DNA of 13,646 nucleotides. Source: an uncultured Fibrobacterales bacterium (GTDB taxonomy: Bacteria; Fibrobacterota; Fibrobacteria; Fibrobacterales; CAWVXU01). Position 1 is the first letter of the stretch; every line of letters begins with the position of its first letter. The notes beneath the pieces are model-generated. The model was not told the origin of the DNA and did not search any database. It saw only the letters and a list, made by a program, of their open reading frames with translations. Of this stretch, positions 1 to 8,121 are shown one piece after another. The DNA is taken from the NCBI GenBank assembly GCA_963934255.1, contig CAWVXU010000071.1:1-13646 (forward strand). Reading direction: 5' to 3'. A program made the translations under genes and the position numbers.

Positions 1-25
1 TGTGATACTGGCTTCAAAACCAACG

Positions 26-203
26 CTAGTTGATTGCATTTTTGCCATCCCCCCAAGAATAATCAAATTTACCAATTGAACCTGTTAGGTTTTGATCAAT
101 ACCCTTGGCGTCCAAAGGTAATATCGCAATATTTGTGTATAACTTTTGAGCCCTTCCCCCGCGTCAAGATGAGTATCAGTAGGATAAGCGGTATTCACTT
201 CAG
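26..203 (-). pseudogene. Possible decayed remnant of a secreted CsgG/TolB-N-like domain gene
   Basis: The minus strand reads CTG-AAG-TGA then IPLILLILILT (signal-peptide-like). After a 1-nt shift at a G5 run (156-160) it reads AQKLYTNIAILPLDAKGIDQNLTGSIGKF, ending at a stop at 26-28. Family assignment is from recalled motifs only. Confidence 0.3.
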
Positions 204-218
204 TTATTGTAAGCTTTC

Positions 219-1001
219 TTAGTCTATTACAGGGAGTTTGCGCTGGCCTGTAATGAATTGTTTAACGTAAGGATTTTGTGTGTTGCGAATCTCATCAGGA
301 GTCCCATAATCAATGATATGGCCTTCATATAGCATAGCCATATGATCGGCTACTTTATAGGCTGAAGTCATATCATGAGTGACTACAACTGAAGTGACGC
401 CTAGTTTTTGCTGCATGTCTATAATCAGGTCATTAATGACATCAGCTGTAATAGGGTCAAGGCCAGTGGTCGGTTCATCATAGAGAATGACTTCTGGATT
501 TAAGGCAATGACTCGAGCAAGGGCAAGACGTTTGCGCATTCCACCTGAAAGTTCACTGGGCATTTTAGTCCTAAACTCAGGTTTGAGATGGATCATTTGA
601 AGTTTTTCGGTGACGATATCTTGAATCTCGTCTTCTTTCAGGGATTTGTCGTGCTCTCTAAGAGCGAATGCAATGTTTTCACCCGCATTCATTGAGTCAA
701 ATAATGCTCCATTTTGAAAAAGCATACCCATTTTTTTGCGAATTGTTTTGGTGTCAAAAAAGTCTGGCGTGGAGATGACTGTGCCATCAATAGAAACTTC
801 ACCAAAGTCAGGTTGAAGTAGCCCAATCATATGTTTCAGGATGACGGATTTGCCACCACCTGATTGTCCAATAATAACCATGGTTTCACCACGACGAATA
901 TTGAGTGTCACATCTTTTAAAACATCTTGTGGTCCAAAGGATTTCTTAAGATTTTTAAGACGGATCATTACGTCATTTGGATCAAATTTTACACCTGGCA
1001 T
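219..1001 (-). CDS. mlaF: MlaF/Mkl-family ABC transporter ATP-binding protein (phospholipid/MCE system)
   Basis: Walker A GQSGGGKS, MLFQNGALFDS, signature LSGGMRKR, Walker B ILYDEPTTGLDP, VTHD switch. GGAG RBS upstream. Directly follows mlaE. Confidence 0.93.
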   Translation of the reverse strand: MPGVKFDPNDVMIRLKNLKKSFGPQDVLKDVTLNIRRGETMVIIGQSGGGKSVILKHMIGLLQPDFGEVSIDGTVISTPDFFDTKTIRKKMGMLFQNGALFDSMNAGENIAFALREHDKSLKEDEIQDIVTEKLQMIHLKPEFRTKMPSELSGGMRKRLALARVIALNPEVILYDEPTTGLDPITADVINDLIIDMQQKLGVTSVVVTHDMTSAYKVADHMAMLYEGHIIDYGTPDEIRNTQNPYVKQFITGQRKLPVID

Positions 1002-1014
1002 AAAAGCTCCAACA

Positions 1015-1857
1015 CTAGCTAAAGAAAACGAGTGCGATTAAAAAGTCAAAAATAAGAATGAGTACACAGGCTGAAACAACAACCTTCATTGTAGCAACAC
1101 CGACACCACGAGCACCGGAACCAGCCGAGATACCATGATAATAACCCATCATGCAAATCGCTATACCAAAGACAAAAGATTTGACCAAGCCAGCGGCAAT
1201 ATCCATTGGTGAGAAAAAGTATTTGAGACCTGATATATAAGTGTAGGTAGTCAAGTCTAAAGCGAGAACACTCACAAATAGACCACCTAAAATGGCAAGG
1301 GCAATTGACATAATAGTCAAACAAGGCATCATCACCATAAAAGAAATAAGACGGGGCATAGCTAGATATCTAAGAGGATCAAGATCAAGAACAACCATGG
1401 CATCAAGCTCTTCTTTTTCTTTCATTGAGCCAATCTCGGCTGCCAATGAAGAGCCCACTCGACCAGCCATTACAAGCGCTGTGAGTACTGGCCCAAGTTC
1501 AATAACGACCATTTTACAAACGGCAGTGCCGATGAACTTATCTGGAACGAAATTTCGGAACTGATATTCAGCTTGGACAGCTGCTACCATGCCGGTAAAA
1601 ACAGAGGTGACCATCACAAGAGGAATAGAGCTAATCCCTACCGCAAACATTTGTTTGAGGGTGAGATCTTTGTTTTTAAATACGAGAGGGAAACGAGCTA
1701 AAGTTTGGAAGAATAGAATCATCACATCTGTGGCAGTCACAATGCCATTTTTGGCAATATTTAATAATGCAACAGGCGGCCCCAATAAAATTGTCAGGAC
1801 TGGATATTTGAATATGATGTTAAACAATAATATATTCCTTCCTAACAATTTTATCAA
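1015..1857 (-). CDS. mlaE: MlaE-family ABC transporter permease
   Basis: Motifs ELGPVLTALVMAGRVGSSLAAEIGSMK..EELDAM, DPLRYLAMPR and GARGVGVAT. Multiple hydrophobic helices. The TTG start overlaps the dnaB stop (TTGA); exact start uncertain. Confidence 0.93.
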   Translation of the reverse strand: MIKLLGRNILLFNIIFKYPVLTILLGPPVALLNIAKNGIVTATDVMILFFQTLARFPLVFKNKDLTLKQMFAVGISSIPLVMVTSVFTGMVAAVQAEYQFRNFVPDKFIGTAVCKMVVIELGPVLTALVMAGRVGSSLAAEIGSMKEKEELDAMVVLDLDPLRYLAMPRLISFMVMMPCLTIMSIALAILGGLFVSVLALDLTTYTYISGLKYFFSPMDIAAGLVKSFVFGIAICMMGYYHGISAGSGARGVGVATMKVVVSACVLILIFDFLIALVFFS

Positions 1858-3266
1858 TAACTGAACGAAGAGTCAACAGGTTCATCAGATCTATGGCTGA
1901 AATTAAAGAATCCGGCAAATTTCCCTTGAAAAGTAAGATTAATATCTGCAGTTGGCCCATTTCTATGTTTGGCAACTATCAACTCTGCTCCAGTAGGGTC
2001 TGCGTTTTTGTCATACATGATCTTGCGGTAAACAAACCAAACCATATCGGCATCTTGCTCGATTGCACCTGATTCACGCAAATCAGAAATCATCGGCTTA
2101 CCATCGCCTTGACGCTCTTCGACTTTACGAGAAAGTTGTGAAAGTGCAATTACCGGACATTTCAATTCTTTGGCGAGCTCCTTGAGGCCACGAGAGATTG
2201 TAGAAATTTGTACTTGACGAGATTCTCCAGGGCCATCCATGAGTTGTAAATAGTCAATAATAATGAGATCTAGACCTTGGCGTTTTTTAAGGGCACGACT
2301 TTTGGATTTAAGATCTGAAAGGGATAAAGATGCTGTATCATCAATAAAAATATTCGCTTCAGAAATTGGGCCGGCATTCATGATTACTTTGTTCATTTCG
2401 GCTTGTGGGAGCCGCCCTTGACGCAGAGCTGACATATCTACTTCAGAGCGAGTACAAAGTACCCTTTGCATGAGTTGTTCGCCAGGCATCTCTAAACTAA
2501 AAAAGACGACTGATTTACGAGCATCAATCGTACAATTACCAAGAAGGCTTAGTGCAAAGGCTGTTTTACCCATGGCAGGACGTCCAGCCAAAACAATCAA
2601 TTCTCCAGGCTTGAGTCCTGAAGTTAAAGTGTCAAGATCAGTAAATCCAGTAGGGGTGCCAGTGACTCCCCCTGAACTATATTGACCAATCATCTCCATT
2701 GTACGTGCCATCACAGTTTTGACGTGTTCTAGGTCGCCTTTTGTGTTATCATCGGAGATAGCATAAAGTTGTTGCTCGGCGTATGCCAAAGTTTCTTTAG
2801 GCTCTATAGATGGATCAAGTGAACGATTAGTGATGTTAGAGCAAGTGGCGATAAGTTCACGAAGGAGTGATTTGGATTTGACAATAGTTGCGTGATACGG
2901 AACGTGGGCACCTGATGAAACTTCGGTAGTGAGATCCCAAAGAAATTGTTGGTCTTGTATGAGGCCCCAGGCTTTTTTGTTTTTTTGTAGTTCTTCACCG
3001 ACAGTGATGACGTCAATGGGTCTGTTGTCATCAAAGAGTGAAATAATGGCTTCATAAACGAAACTGTGTTTATCTAGATAGAAGTCTTTAGGGACTAATT
3101 TGATGTCGCTAATTGCCGCGTCGATACTGGCGTTGTTTTGAAGCATTGCACCGAGTACAGCCTTTTCGGCATCAAGGGCTTGAGGCGGAAGTCGTCCACC
3201 TAGTAACTCCGGAGAAACGGTCTTTGACGTGATCTCTTGGGGGTTTTTGAAGTCTTTTTTACTCAT
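1854..3266 (-). CDS. dnaB: Replicative DNA helicase DnaB (470 aa, no intein)
   Basis: PPQALDAEKAVLGAML, Walker A GRPAMGKT, FSLEM, IDYLQL, LSQLSR, DLRESGAIEQDAD, KHRNGP. Start moved from 3323 to the ATG at 3266, which has a GAGG RBS at 3271-3274 and an ATGA overlap with the upstream stop. Confidence 0.97.
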   Translation of the reverse strand: MSKKDFKNPQEITSKTVSPELLGGRLPPQALDAEKAVLGAMLQNNASIDAAISDIKLVPKDFYLDKHSFVYEAIISLFDDNRPIDVITVGEELQKNKKAWGLIQDQQFLWDLTTEVSSGAHVPYHATIVKSKSLLRELIATCSNITNRSLDPSIEPKETLAYAEQQLYAISDDNTKGDLEHVKTVMARTMEMIGQYSSGGVTGTPTGFTDLDTLTSGLKPGELIVLAGRPAMGKTAFALSLLGNCTIDARKSVVFFSLEMPGEQLMQRVLCTRSEVDMSALRQGRLPQAEMNKVIMNAGPISEANIFIDDTASLSLSDLKSKSRALKKRQGLDLIIIDYLQLMDGPGESRQVQISTISRGLKELAKELKCPVIALSQLSRKVEERQGDGKPMISDLRESGAIEQDADMVWFVYRKIMYDKNADPTGAELIVAKHRNGPTADINLTFQGKFAGFFNFSHRSDEPVDSSFSY

Positions 3267-4204
3267 GATTCCTCTAAAATGGCTTTCAACGTTTGAAGTG
3301 TGGTCCAAGCGGGGCGCTTCCAACCTTCGTCATGTAACATCCAATGAAGTGGGTAAGTAGCCACCGTCGGGATGTTTAATAGTTTTAATTCAGTACTAAT
3401 TACTGCCTCTAAATTTCGCACATTGAGAGCTGTTTGAGCCAACTCCTCACTGAATATTAAGATTACTTTGGGTTGAACAAGTTCAATTTCTTTTTTAAGA
3501 ATCTCTAATAAGAAGATACGGTCTCTAGGCAGAAGTTTCTTGGCACTAAAGCTGTGATCTAAGAATGTCTGATAGCTTAAGTTTTTCTCAATCCCAATGG
3601 CTTTGAGCATTTTTTTTAGTAGATCACCTGGGGCACCGCTGAAAGGGTAACCTAGTTGGATGTCATCTGGGTAGGGTTGTAAATTGATAATCATTAGCTG
3701 TGGATTGATTGGTCCCTGACCTGCTAATAGGTTTACTTTCCCTATCTTAGGAGAATGTTGTTGTAAGTTTTTATACCAAGGATGTTCAAATAATAGGTGA
3801 TTAAATTCTTCAAGATTAGTTGCCGATTGAATTTTGGTATCATCTTCAAAGTTTGGCTTAACGGGCTTGGGTACTTTAATATCACCTAGACCTTTGCGCT
3901 TGGCGGACTCTTCCTGGTTTGAATTAAACTTATTCATGAATTTTTGATTGGCAGTCAAAGGTTTGATCTCTTGACTCGGATTGTTGGCCGGCTGAGGAGT
4001 TGGAGTAGGAGTATGGCCTGATGGTCTATTTACTTGAAGCCGACTGTGTTGATTTATTTGACTGAGCTGGCTTGATTGAGTTGAATGTGGAGGCTGAACA
4101 GATTCTTGTGCGGGCGCCACCCACGCCTCGTCAAATATCCAATGGTCATTACAGAGGATTTCCTCAGTTCTGAGGGCTTCTTTTATTTGATCTATTAAGC
4201 TCAC
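3263..4204 (-). CDS. Uracil-DNA glycosylase family-4-fold protein, apparently catalytically inactive, with N-terminal helix and P/Q/S/N-rich linker
   Basis: The C-terminal domain keeps the UDG-4 scaffold (GQGPINPQLMI, GYPFSGAPGDLLKKMLKAIGI, EIELVQPKVIL, PTVATY, KRPAW) but lacks GEAPG, NxxKCRP, HPS and the Fe-S cysteines. The GTG start overlaps the coaBC stop. Confidence 0.8.
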   Translation of the reverse strand: MSLIDQIKEALRTEEILCNDHWIFDEAWVAPAQESVQPPHSTQSSQLSQINQHSRLQVNRPSGHTPTPTPQPANNPSQEIKPLTANQKFMNKFNSNQEESAKRKGLGDIKVPKPVKPNFEDDTKIQSATNLEEFNHLLFEHPWYKNLQQHSPKIGKVNLLAGQGPINPQLMIINLQPYPDDIQLGYPFSGAPGDLLKKMLKAIGIEKNLSYQTFLDHSFSAKKLLPRDRIFLLEILKKEIELVQPKVILIFSEELAQTALNVRNLEAVISTELKLLNIPTVATYPLHWMLHDEGWKRPAWTTLQTLKAILEES

Positions 4205-5421
4205 GAGTGAACCTTGAAGAACTCAGAAACTTTTATGATGACTTGTTTAGCTAAGTCAGATTTACTTTGAATTTTGAGCTCTAGATTATCTTGTCCTTGA
4301 ACTAATATCCCACTGAGCACTTCTGTTTTACCAAATCCGCTGTCGGCTTGAACAGGGTTGTTAACAACGAGAAGAGGGCAGCCTTTTTTGTTGATTTTGG
4401 TAATTGCGTTTGCAATGACATTAGTCGTTTCTAAGGCAAATCCTACGATGTATTGATTTGAAGTTCCAAGTTTGGTGTATTTGGCTAAAAGATCATCGTT
4501 TGCGGTGAGCTTAATTTCGTTAAGGTCCCGGCTGGATTTAATTTTGTTACTTGAGATAGTACTTGGTCTATAATCAGCTACGGCGGCGGCTTGGATTAAT
4601 ACTTGAGACTCAGGGAAATTTTGTTTGAGTAAATTATCAAGATCTTTTGAACTTTTAAATCTGGTAGTGTTGATCCATGATGGGATTTCTTCATCAATTG
4701 GTCCACAAAGTAATTTGACTGGATATCCGGCTTGAAGGAATTCTTTAGCAAATGTCAGGGCAGTTTTACCTGAGCTTTTGTTAGATATATATCGGACAGG
4801 ATCAATGGCTTCCTCTGTGCGACCTGCTGTGATGAGGATATTCGGTTTGGGCGTATTGTTTGAATTTTGTAATTGATTGAGGTGCCACAAAATGACCTGG
4901 TCACGGATCTCATGAGGCTCTGGAAGTCTACCTGCTCCGACTTCACCACAAGCCAAAATCCCGTCATTTGAGTCTAATATCTGATGGCCATCGCTTTTGA
5001 GGGTTTGGATATTTCTTTGAACAGCCGGGCTCATGAGCATCACGGTATTCATTGAAGGACAAATCATCTTGGGAGCACTCGTGGCCATTGCCATCAGGGC
5101 GACCATATCCGGCGTAGTTCCGTTAGCGATATTAGCAAGAGTATTTGCAGTCGCAGGTGCAATGATCATCAGGTCTGCCCATCGAGATAAGTCAATGTGC
5201 TCGAACCAATCTTGAGATCTTGAAGAATTAAATATTTGAGTTGAGACAGTGTATCGTGAAAGAGCTTGGAATGTCTCTACACCCACCATTTGAGTCGCTG
5301 AATGAGTCATGGCGACTCGTACTTCAGCACCTTCTTTTTGAAGTAAGCGTAGTAACTCACAACTTTTATAAGTTGCAATTCCACCACTGACACCGAGTAA
5401 TATTTTTAAACCTTTAAGCAT
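4201..5421 (-). CDS. coaBC: Bifunctional phosphopantothenoylcysteine decarboxylase/phosphopantothenate-cysteine ligase (406 aa)
   Basis: GVSGGIATYK, HIDL, APATANT, PSMN, LACGEVGAGR, TAGRTEEAIDPVRYISNKSSGK, AAAVADY, VGFALET. Start moved to the ATG at 5421 (MLKGLKILLGV, a typical CoaBC N-terminus). Confidence 0.96.
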   Translation of the reverse strand: MLKGLKILLGVSGGIATYKSCELLRLLQKEGAEVRVAMTHSATQMVGVETFQALSRYTVSTQIFNSSRSQDWFEHIDLSRWADLMIIAPATANTLANIANGTTPDMVALMAMATSAPKMICPSMNTVMLMSPAVQRNIQTLKSDGHQILDSNDGILACGEVGAGRLPEPHEIRDQVILWHLNQLQNSNNTPKPNILITAGRTEEAIDPVRYISNKSSGKTALTFAKEFLQAGYPVKLLCGPIDEEIPSWINTTRFKSSKDLDNLLKQNFPESQVLIQAAAVADYRPSTISSNKIKSSRDLNEIKLTANDDLLAKYTKLGTSNQYIVGFALETTNVIANAITKINKKGCPLLVVNNPVQADSGFGKTEVLSGILVQGQDNLELKIQSKSDLAKQVIIKVSEFFKVHS

Positions 5422-5571
5422 GGCTACTAAAGTAGAAAATAGCACTCTTTTACGGCGAGTGGTTTTCAACATTGAGTGAACAATGTGATATAGATTAAAA
5501 ACTATAAGTTTATACGTGAGGCAATAAGCTAGGCTTTGTTAATAGGGGGTGAATAAAAAGGCCTTAAGAAT

Positions 5572-5606
5572 AAAAAAACCTTAAGTGTGTAAACACTTAA
5601 GGTTTT
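5572..5606 (-). terminator. Rho-independent terminator after rpoZ
   Basis: Perfect 14-bp inverted repeat AAAACCTTAAGTGT-gtaa-ACACTTAAGGTTTT (5575-5606) with a T7 run on the minus strand (5572-5578). Confidence 0.8.
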
Positions 5607-5632
5607 AAAAATTGTAGTCTAACTCGAGTGAG

Positions 5633-5663
5633 TTATACATCAATTATACATCAATTATGCATC
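5633..5663. repeat. 11-bp tandem repeat (about 2.8 copies) at the rpoZ stop
   Basis: TTATACATCAA TTATACATCAA TTATGCATC. The third copy contains the rpoZ stop codon. Confidence 0.8.
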
Positions 5664-6011
5664 CGTTTGGACTTCTGCTACAGGCTCTTCATCATCAATA
5701 AATGTCTCAATAGAAGGGAGTTCTTCAGCAACAGGTATTTCAACTATTTCAGTTTCAATCGAACTAATTAGTTCTTCTGCAGATTCGTCTGAAATCTCTT
5801 CAGATACTTCAGGAACAACTTCAAGACGCTCGTCCAGGAACTTACCCATGGCGATTGTCGTTGGTTTTTTGGTCAATTCAATAAAGCCCATGTTAGCTTG
5901 CTCGTTAATAAAACGTGCTTCTTCAGCCATCATTTTAACTGCTTTGAACATAGAACCATCACACTTCGAGTTAGCGTATACGTCGTCTAATGAAACTCTT
6001 GCTTTTGACAT
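5655..6011 (-). CDS. rpoZ: RNA polymerase omega subunit with acidic C-terminal extension
   Basis: SMFKAVKMMAEEARFI and KKPTTIAM match the omega patterns (sryeaVlvaakrARqi, KPtviAl). Conserved position upstream of coaBC. GAGG RBS at 6018-6021. Confidence 0.8.
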   Translation of the reverse strand: MSKARVSLDDVYANSKCDGSMFKAVKMMAEEARFINEQANMGFIELTKKPTTIAMGKFLDERLEVVPEVSEEISDESAEELISSIETEIVEIPVAEELPSIETFIDDEEPVAEVQTDA

Positions 6012-6024
6012 GTATTACCTCAGA

Positions 6025-6050
6025 AAAAATTAAAGGGGAAAAATTAAAGG
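6025..6050. repeat. 12-bp direct repeat AAAAATTAAAGG overlapping the tRNA 3' end
   Basis: Copies at 6025-6036 and 6039-6050. Confidence 0.6.
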
Positions 6051-6132
6051 AGAAGGCGGGATTCGAACCCGCGGTAGAATTAACTACACAGGCTTTCCAA
6101 GCTTGCGCCTTAAACCACTCGGCCACTTCTCC
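6048..6132 (-). tRNA. tRNA-Ser(GGA), CCA not encoded
   Basis: GGAGAAG/CTTCTCC acceptor stem, TGGCCGAGTGGTTTAAGGC D-arm, anticodon loop TTGGAAA, long variable arm GTAG-TTAATT-CTAC, T-arm GCGGG-TTCGAAT-CCCGC. Confidence 0.97.
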
Positions 6133-6279
6133 AAATATAGGGACAAACTTAACAATAAAGTGAACTATCACAAGGCTTAGAGTTGTTTTATGTCTAAAAT
6201 TAACATGAATTTTGCGATAATTCTTGCATATGGGCTTTAAATAATTTAAGAAAGGACCCTTTTTAGAGGATAGTTCAGG

Positions 6280-8121
6280 TTATTCAAATCCCAGATTGTT
6301 GAGTTTGACCAGTTGGGAATAGATTCCGTCTTCTTGCATGAGTTGCTCATGATTGCCTGACTCTCTTAGTTCACCGTGATGAAAAACGAGAATCATATCA
6401 GAATTAACAATAGTACTCAATCGGTGAGCTACGACGATAGAAGTACGTCCTTTCAGGACTTCTTCTAATGCTTCTTGGATAAGCTCTTCAGTATCTGTAT
6501 CTACAGAGCTAGTAGCCTCATCAAGTAACAAAAGCTGTGGATCTTGAGCAATCGCTCGAGCAAAACTAATGAGTTGACGTTGACCAGAGCTTAAGTTTGA
6601 ACCATTGTCCCTCAGTATAGTATCTAGACCATTAGGTAACTTTTGAATGAAAGTATCTGCTCTCACTTGTTTGAGTATTTCCCAAATTTTATCTTCTTCA
6701 ATAGTGGTATCTAATGCGATATTTGAACGAATGCTGTCAGAAAACAAGAAGACATCTTGAGAAACGTAAGCGAGTTTCGATTTGAGAGAATAGCGATCAA
6801 TATGGGCTAGCTCTTTACCATTGATAAGAATTTGTTCATCGTCAGCTCGGTAAAAGCGGTTTAATAGGTTCATTATTGTGGTTTTACCACTGCCGGTAGC
6901 CCCGACAATCGCAATTCTTTGACCTGAATTAATTTTGAAACTGATATTTTTAAGTATCGGATTAGTTTGTTCGTAGGCAAATTTCAAGTTTTTGATTTCA
7001 ATTTCAATTCCAGATTTTGATGTTTCACCAGAATTGACATCCAAGGTTCCATTGCGGTCTTCCGCATCTGTTTCCATGAGAGTAAAAACTCGTTCACCAG
7101 CGGCAATTGAGCTTTGAAGTTGAGTAATTTTATCAGAAATCTCCCGCAAAGGTCGTTGGAACATCGATGCGTACCAAGCAAAGGCCACGAGCGTGCCGAC
7201 TGAAGTAGATCCATCTATAATAAGATGAACACCCACAGCGTAAAGCGCTATAAGTGAAAAGTCCGTCAGACTGAAAAGGCCTGGGAAAAAAACAGAATAG
7301 TACCACACATTTTTGATATATGCTTCTTTGTAGCTTTCGTTGGTTTCATCAAAAAGGTCGGCTCTGTGTTTTTCTTTATTGAAAATCTGTACGAGATTGA
7401 TGCCATTGAGGTTTTCTTGTAAAATAGAATTGAGTGAAGCTAATTTTTCACGGATGATCCGATTGATGTTACGAACTTTTACTCTAAAAATAGCGGTGAT
7501 AATGACCATTGCAGGGAAAACTAGAGTAGTAGTAATAGCGAGCTGCCAATTTTTGATAAACATAAATACAATGGCAAATATGAGCATAAATACGCTCGAT
7601 AATAAATCTAAAAGACCTTCAGAAAATAAGCTATTGAGACTATCTACATCGTTAGTCATTCGCGTCATTAAACGACCTACAGGAGTTCTATGAAAAAACT
7701 CCATTTTCATTTTAGTGACTTTGTGAAATAAATCAACTCTTAGTTGATGAATGACATTAAATGCGAGTGTTTTAGAAAGGTAATTTGCCATGAACATCAA
7801 GGCCGCGTGGAGGAGAGTTATACCTAGGTAGATCCAAAGTATACTGACAATTTGACTAAATTCTCCACTAGGAATTGCTTCATCTATTATCTCTTCAAGT
7901 AGATGAGGGAAGACAAATGGAAGAGCTTGGCTAGATACCAATATGATGAATGTTACAATCCCCAGAAATTTGAATTTGTGGGCAATTTTTAAAATTTTCC
8001 AAAGTAATGGCAGATCGAGAAATTTCTGTTGTTGATCAGAAATTAGGTATTCTTTGACGGGATTCTTATCACTATTTGTTGGATCAGCATGGGTTTTGTC
8101 AGAATGAACTTTAGACATCAT
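6280..8121 (-). CDS. Type IV ABC exporter subunit (TMD+NBD), MdlB/YheH-like partner
   Basis: Six-TM N-domain, GRLMTRMTNDV, Walker A GATGSGKT, signature LSSGQ, Walker B LLLLDEAT, AHRLST. Start is 8121 or 8118 and overlaps the upstream stop. Confidence 0.93.
   Translation of the reverse strand: MMSKVHSDKTHADPTNSDKNPVKEYLISDQQQKFLDLPLLWKILKIAHKFKFLGIVTFIILVSSQALPFVFPHLLEEIIDEAIPSGEFSQIVSILWIYLGITLLHAALMFMANYLSKTLAFNVIHQLRVDLFHKVTKMKMEFFHRTPVGRLMTRMTNDVDSLNSLFSEGLLDLLSSVFMLIFAIVFMFIKNWQLAITTTLVFPAMVIITAIFRVKVRNINRIIREKLASLNSILQENLNGINLVQIFNKEKHRADLFDETNESYKEAYIKNVWYYSVFFPGLFSLTDFSLIALYAVGVHLIIDGSTSVGTLVAFAWYASMFQRPLREISDKITQLQSSIAAGERVFTLMETDAEDRNGTLDVNSGETSKSGIEIEIKNLKFAYEQTNPILKNISFKINSGQRIAIVGATGSGKTTIMNLLNRFYRADDEQILINGKELAHIDRYSLKSKLAYVSQDVFLFSDSIRSNIALDTTIEEDKIWEILKQVRADTFIQKLPNGLDTILRDNGSNLSSGQRQLISFARAIAQDPQLLLLDEATSSVDTDTEELIQEALEEVLKGRTSIVVAHRLSTIVNSDMILVFHHGELRESGNHEQLMQEDGIYSQLVKLNNLGFE

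Noticed and set aside
34..222. 62-aa plus-strand ORF
   Set aside because: TTG start, no RBS, no recognisable features.
841..1864. ORFs 841-1041, 1046-1324, 1292-1564, 1589-1864
   Set aside because: Antisense or alternate-frame shadows of mlaF/mlaE.
1854..3266. Intein in DnaB
   Set aside because: Normal length and contiguous helicase motifs.
3267..3323. Longer ORF-track starts for dnaB (3323), coaBC (5472) and cstA (10268)
   Set aside because: Downstream starts fit RBS, gene overlap and family N-termini better.
6025..6050. att site of an integrated element at tRNA-Ser
   Set aside because: The repeat includes only 2-3 tRNA bases, and there is no integrase or cargo.
5971..6171. 66-aa ORF
   Set aside because: It is a translation of the tRNA-Ser gene.
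2470..7693. Short ORFs within dnaB, coaBC, rpoZ and the ABC gene
   Set aside because: Nested in or largely overlapping well-supported genes, with no recognisable motifs.
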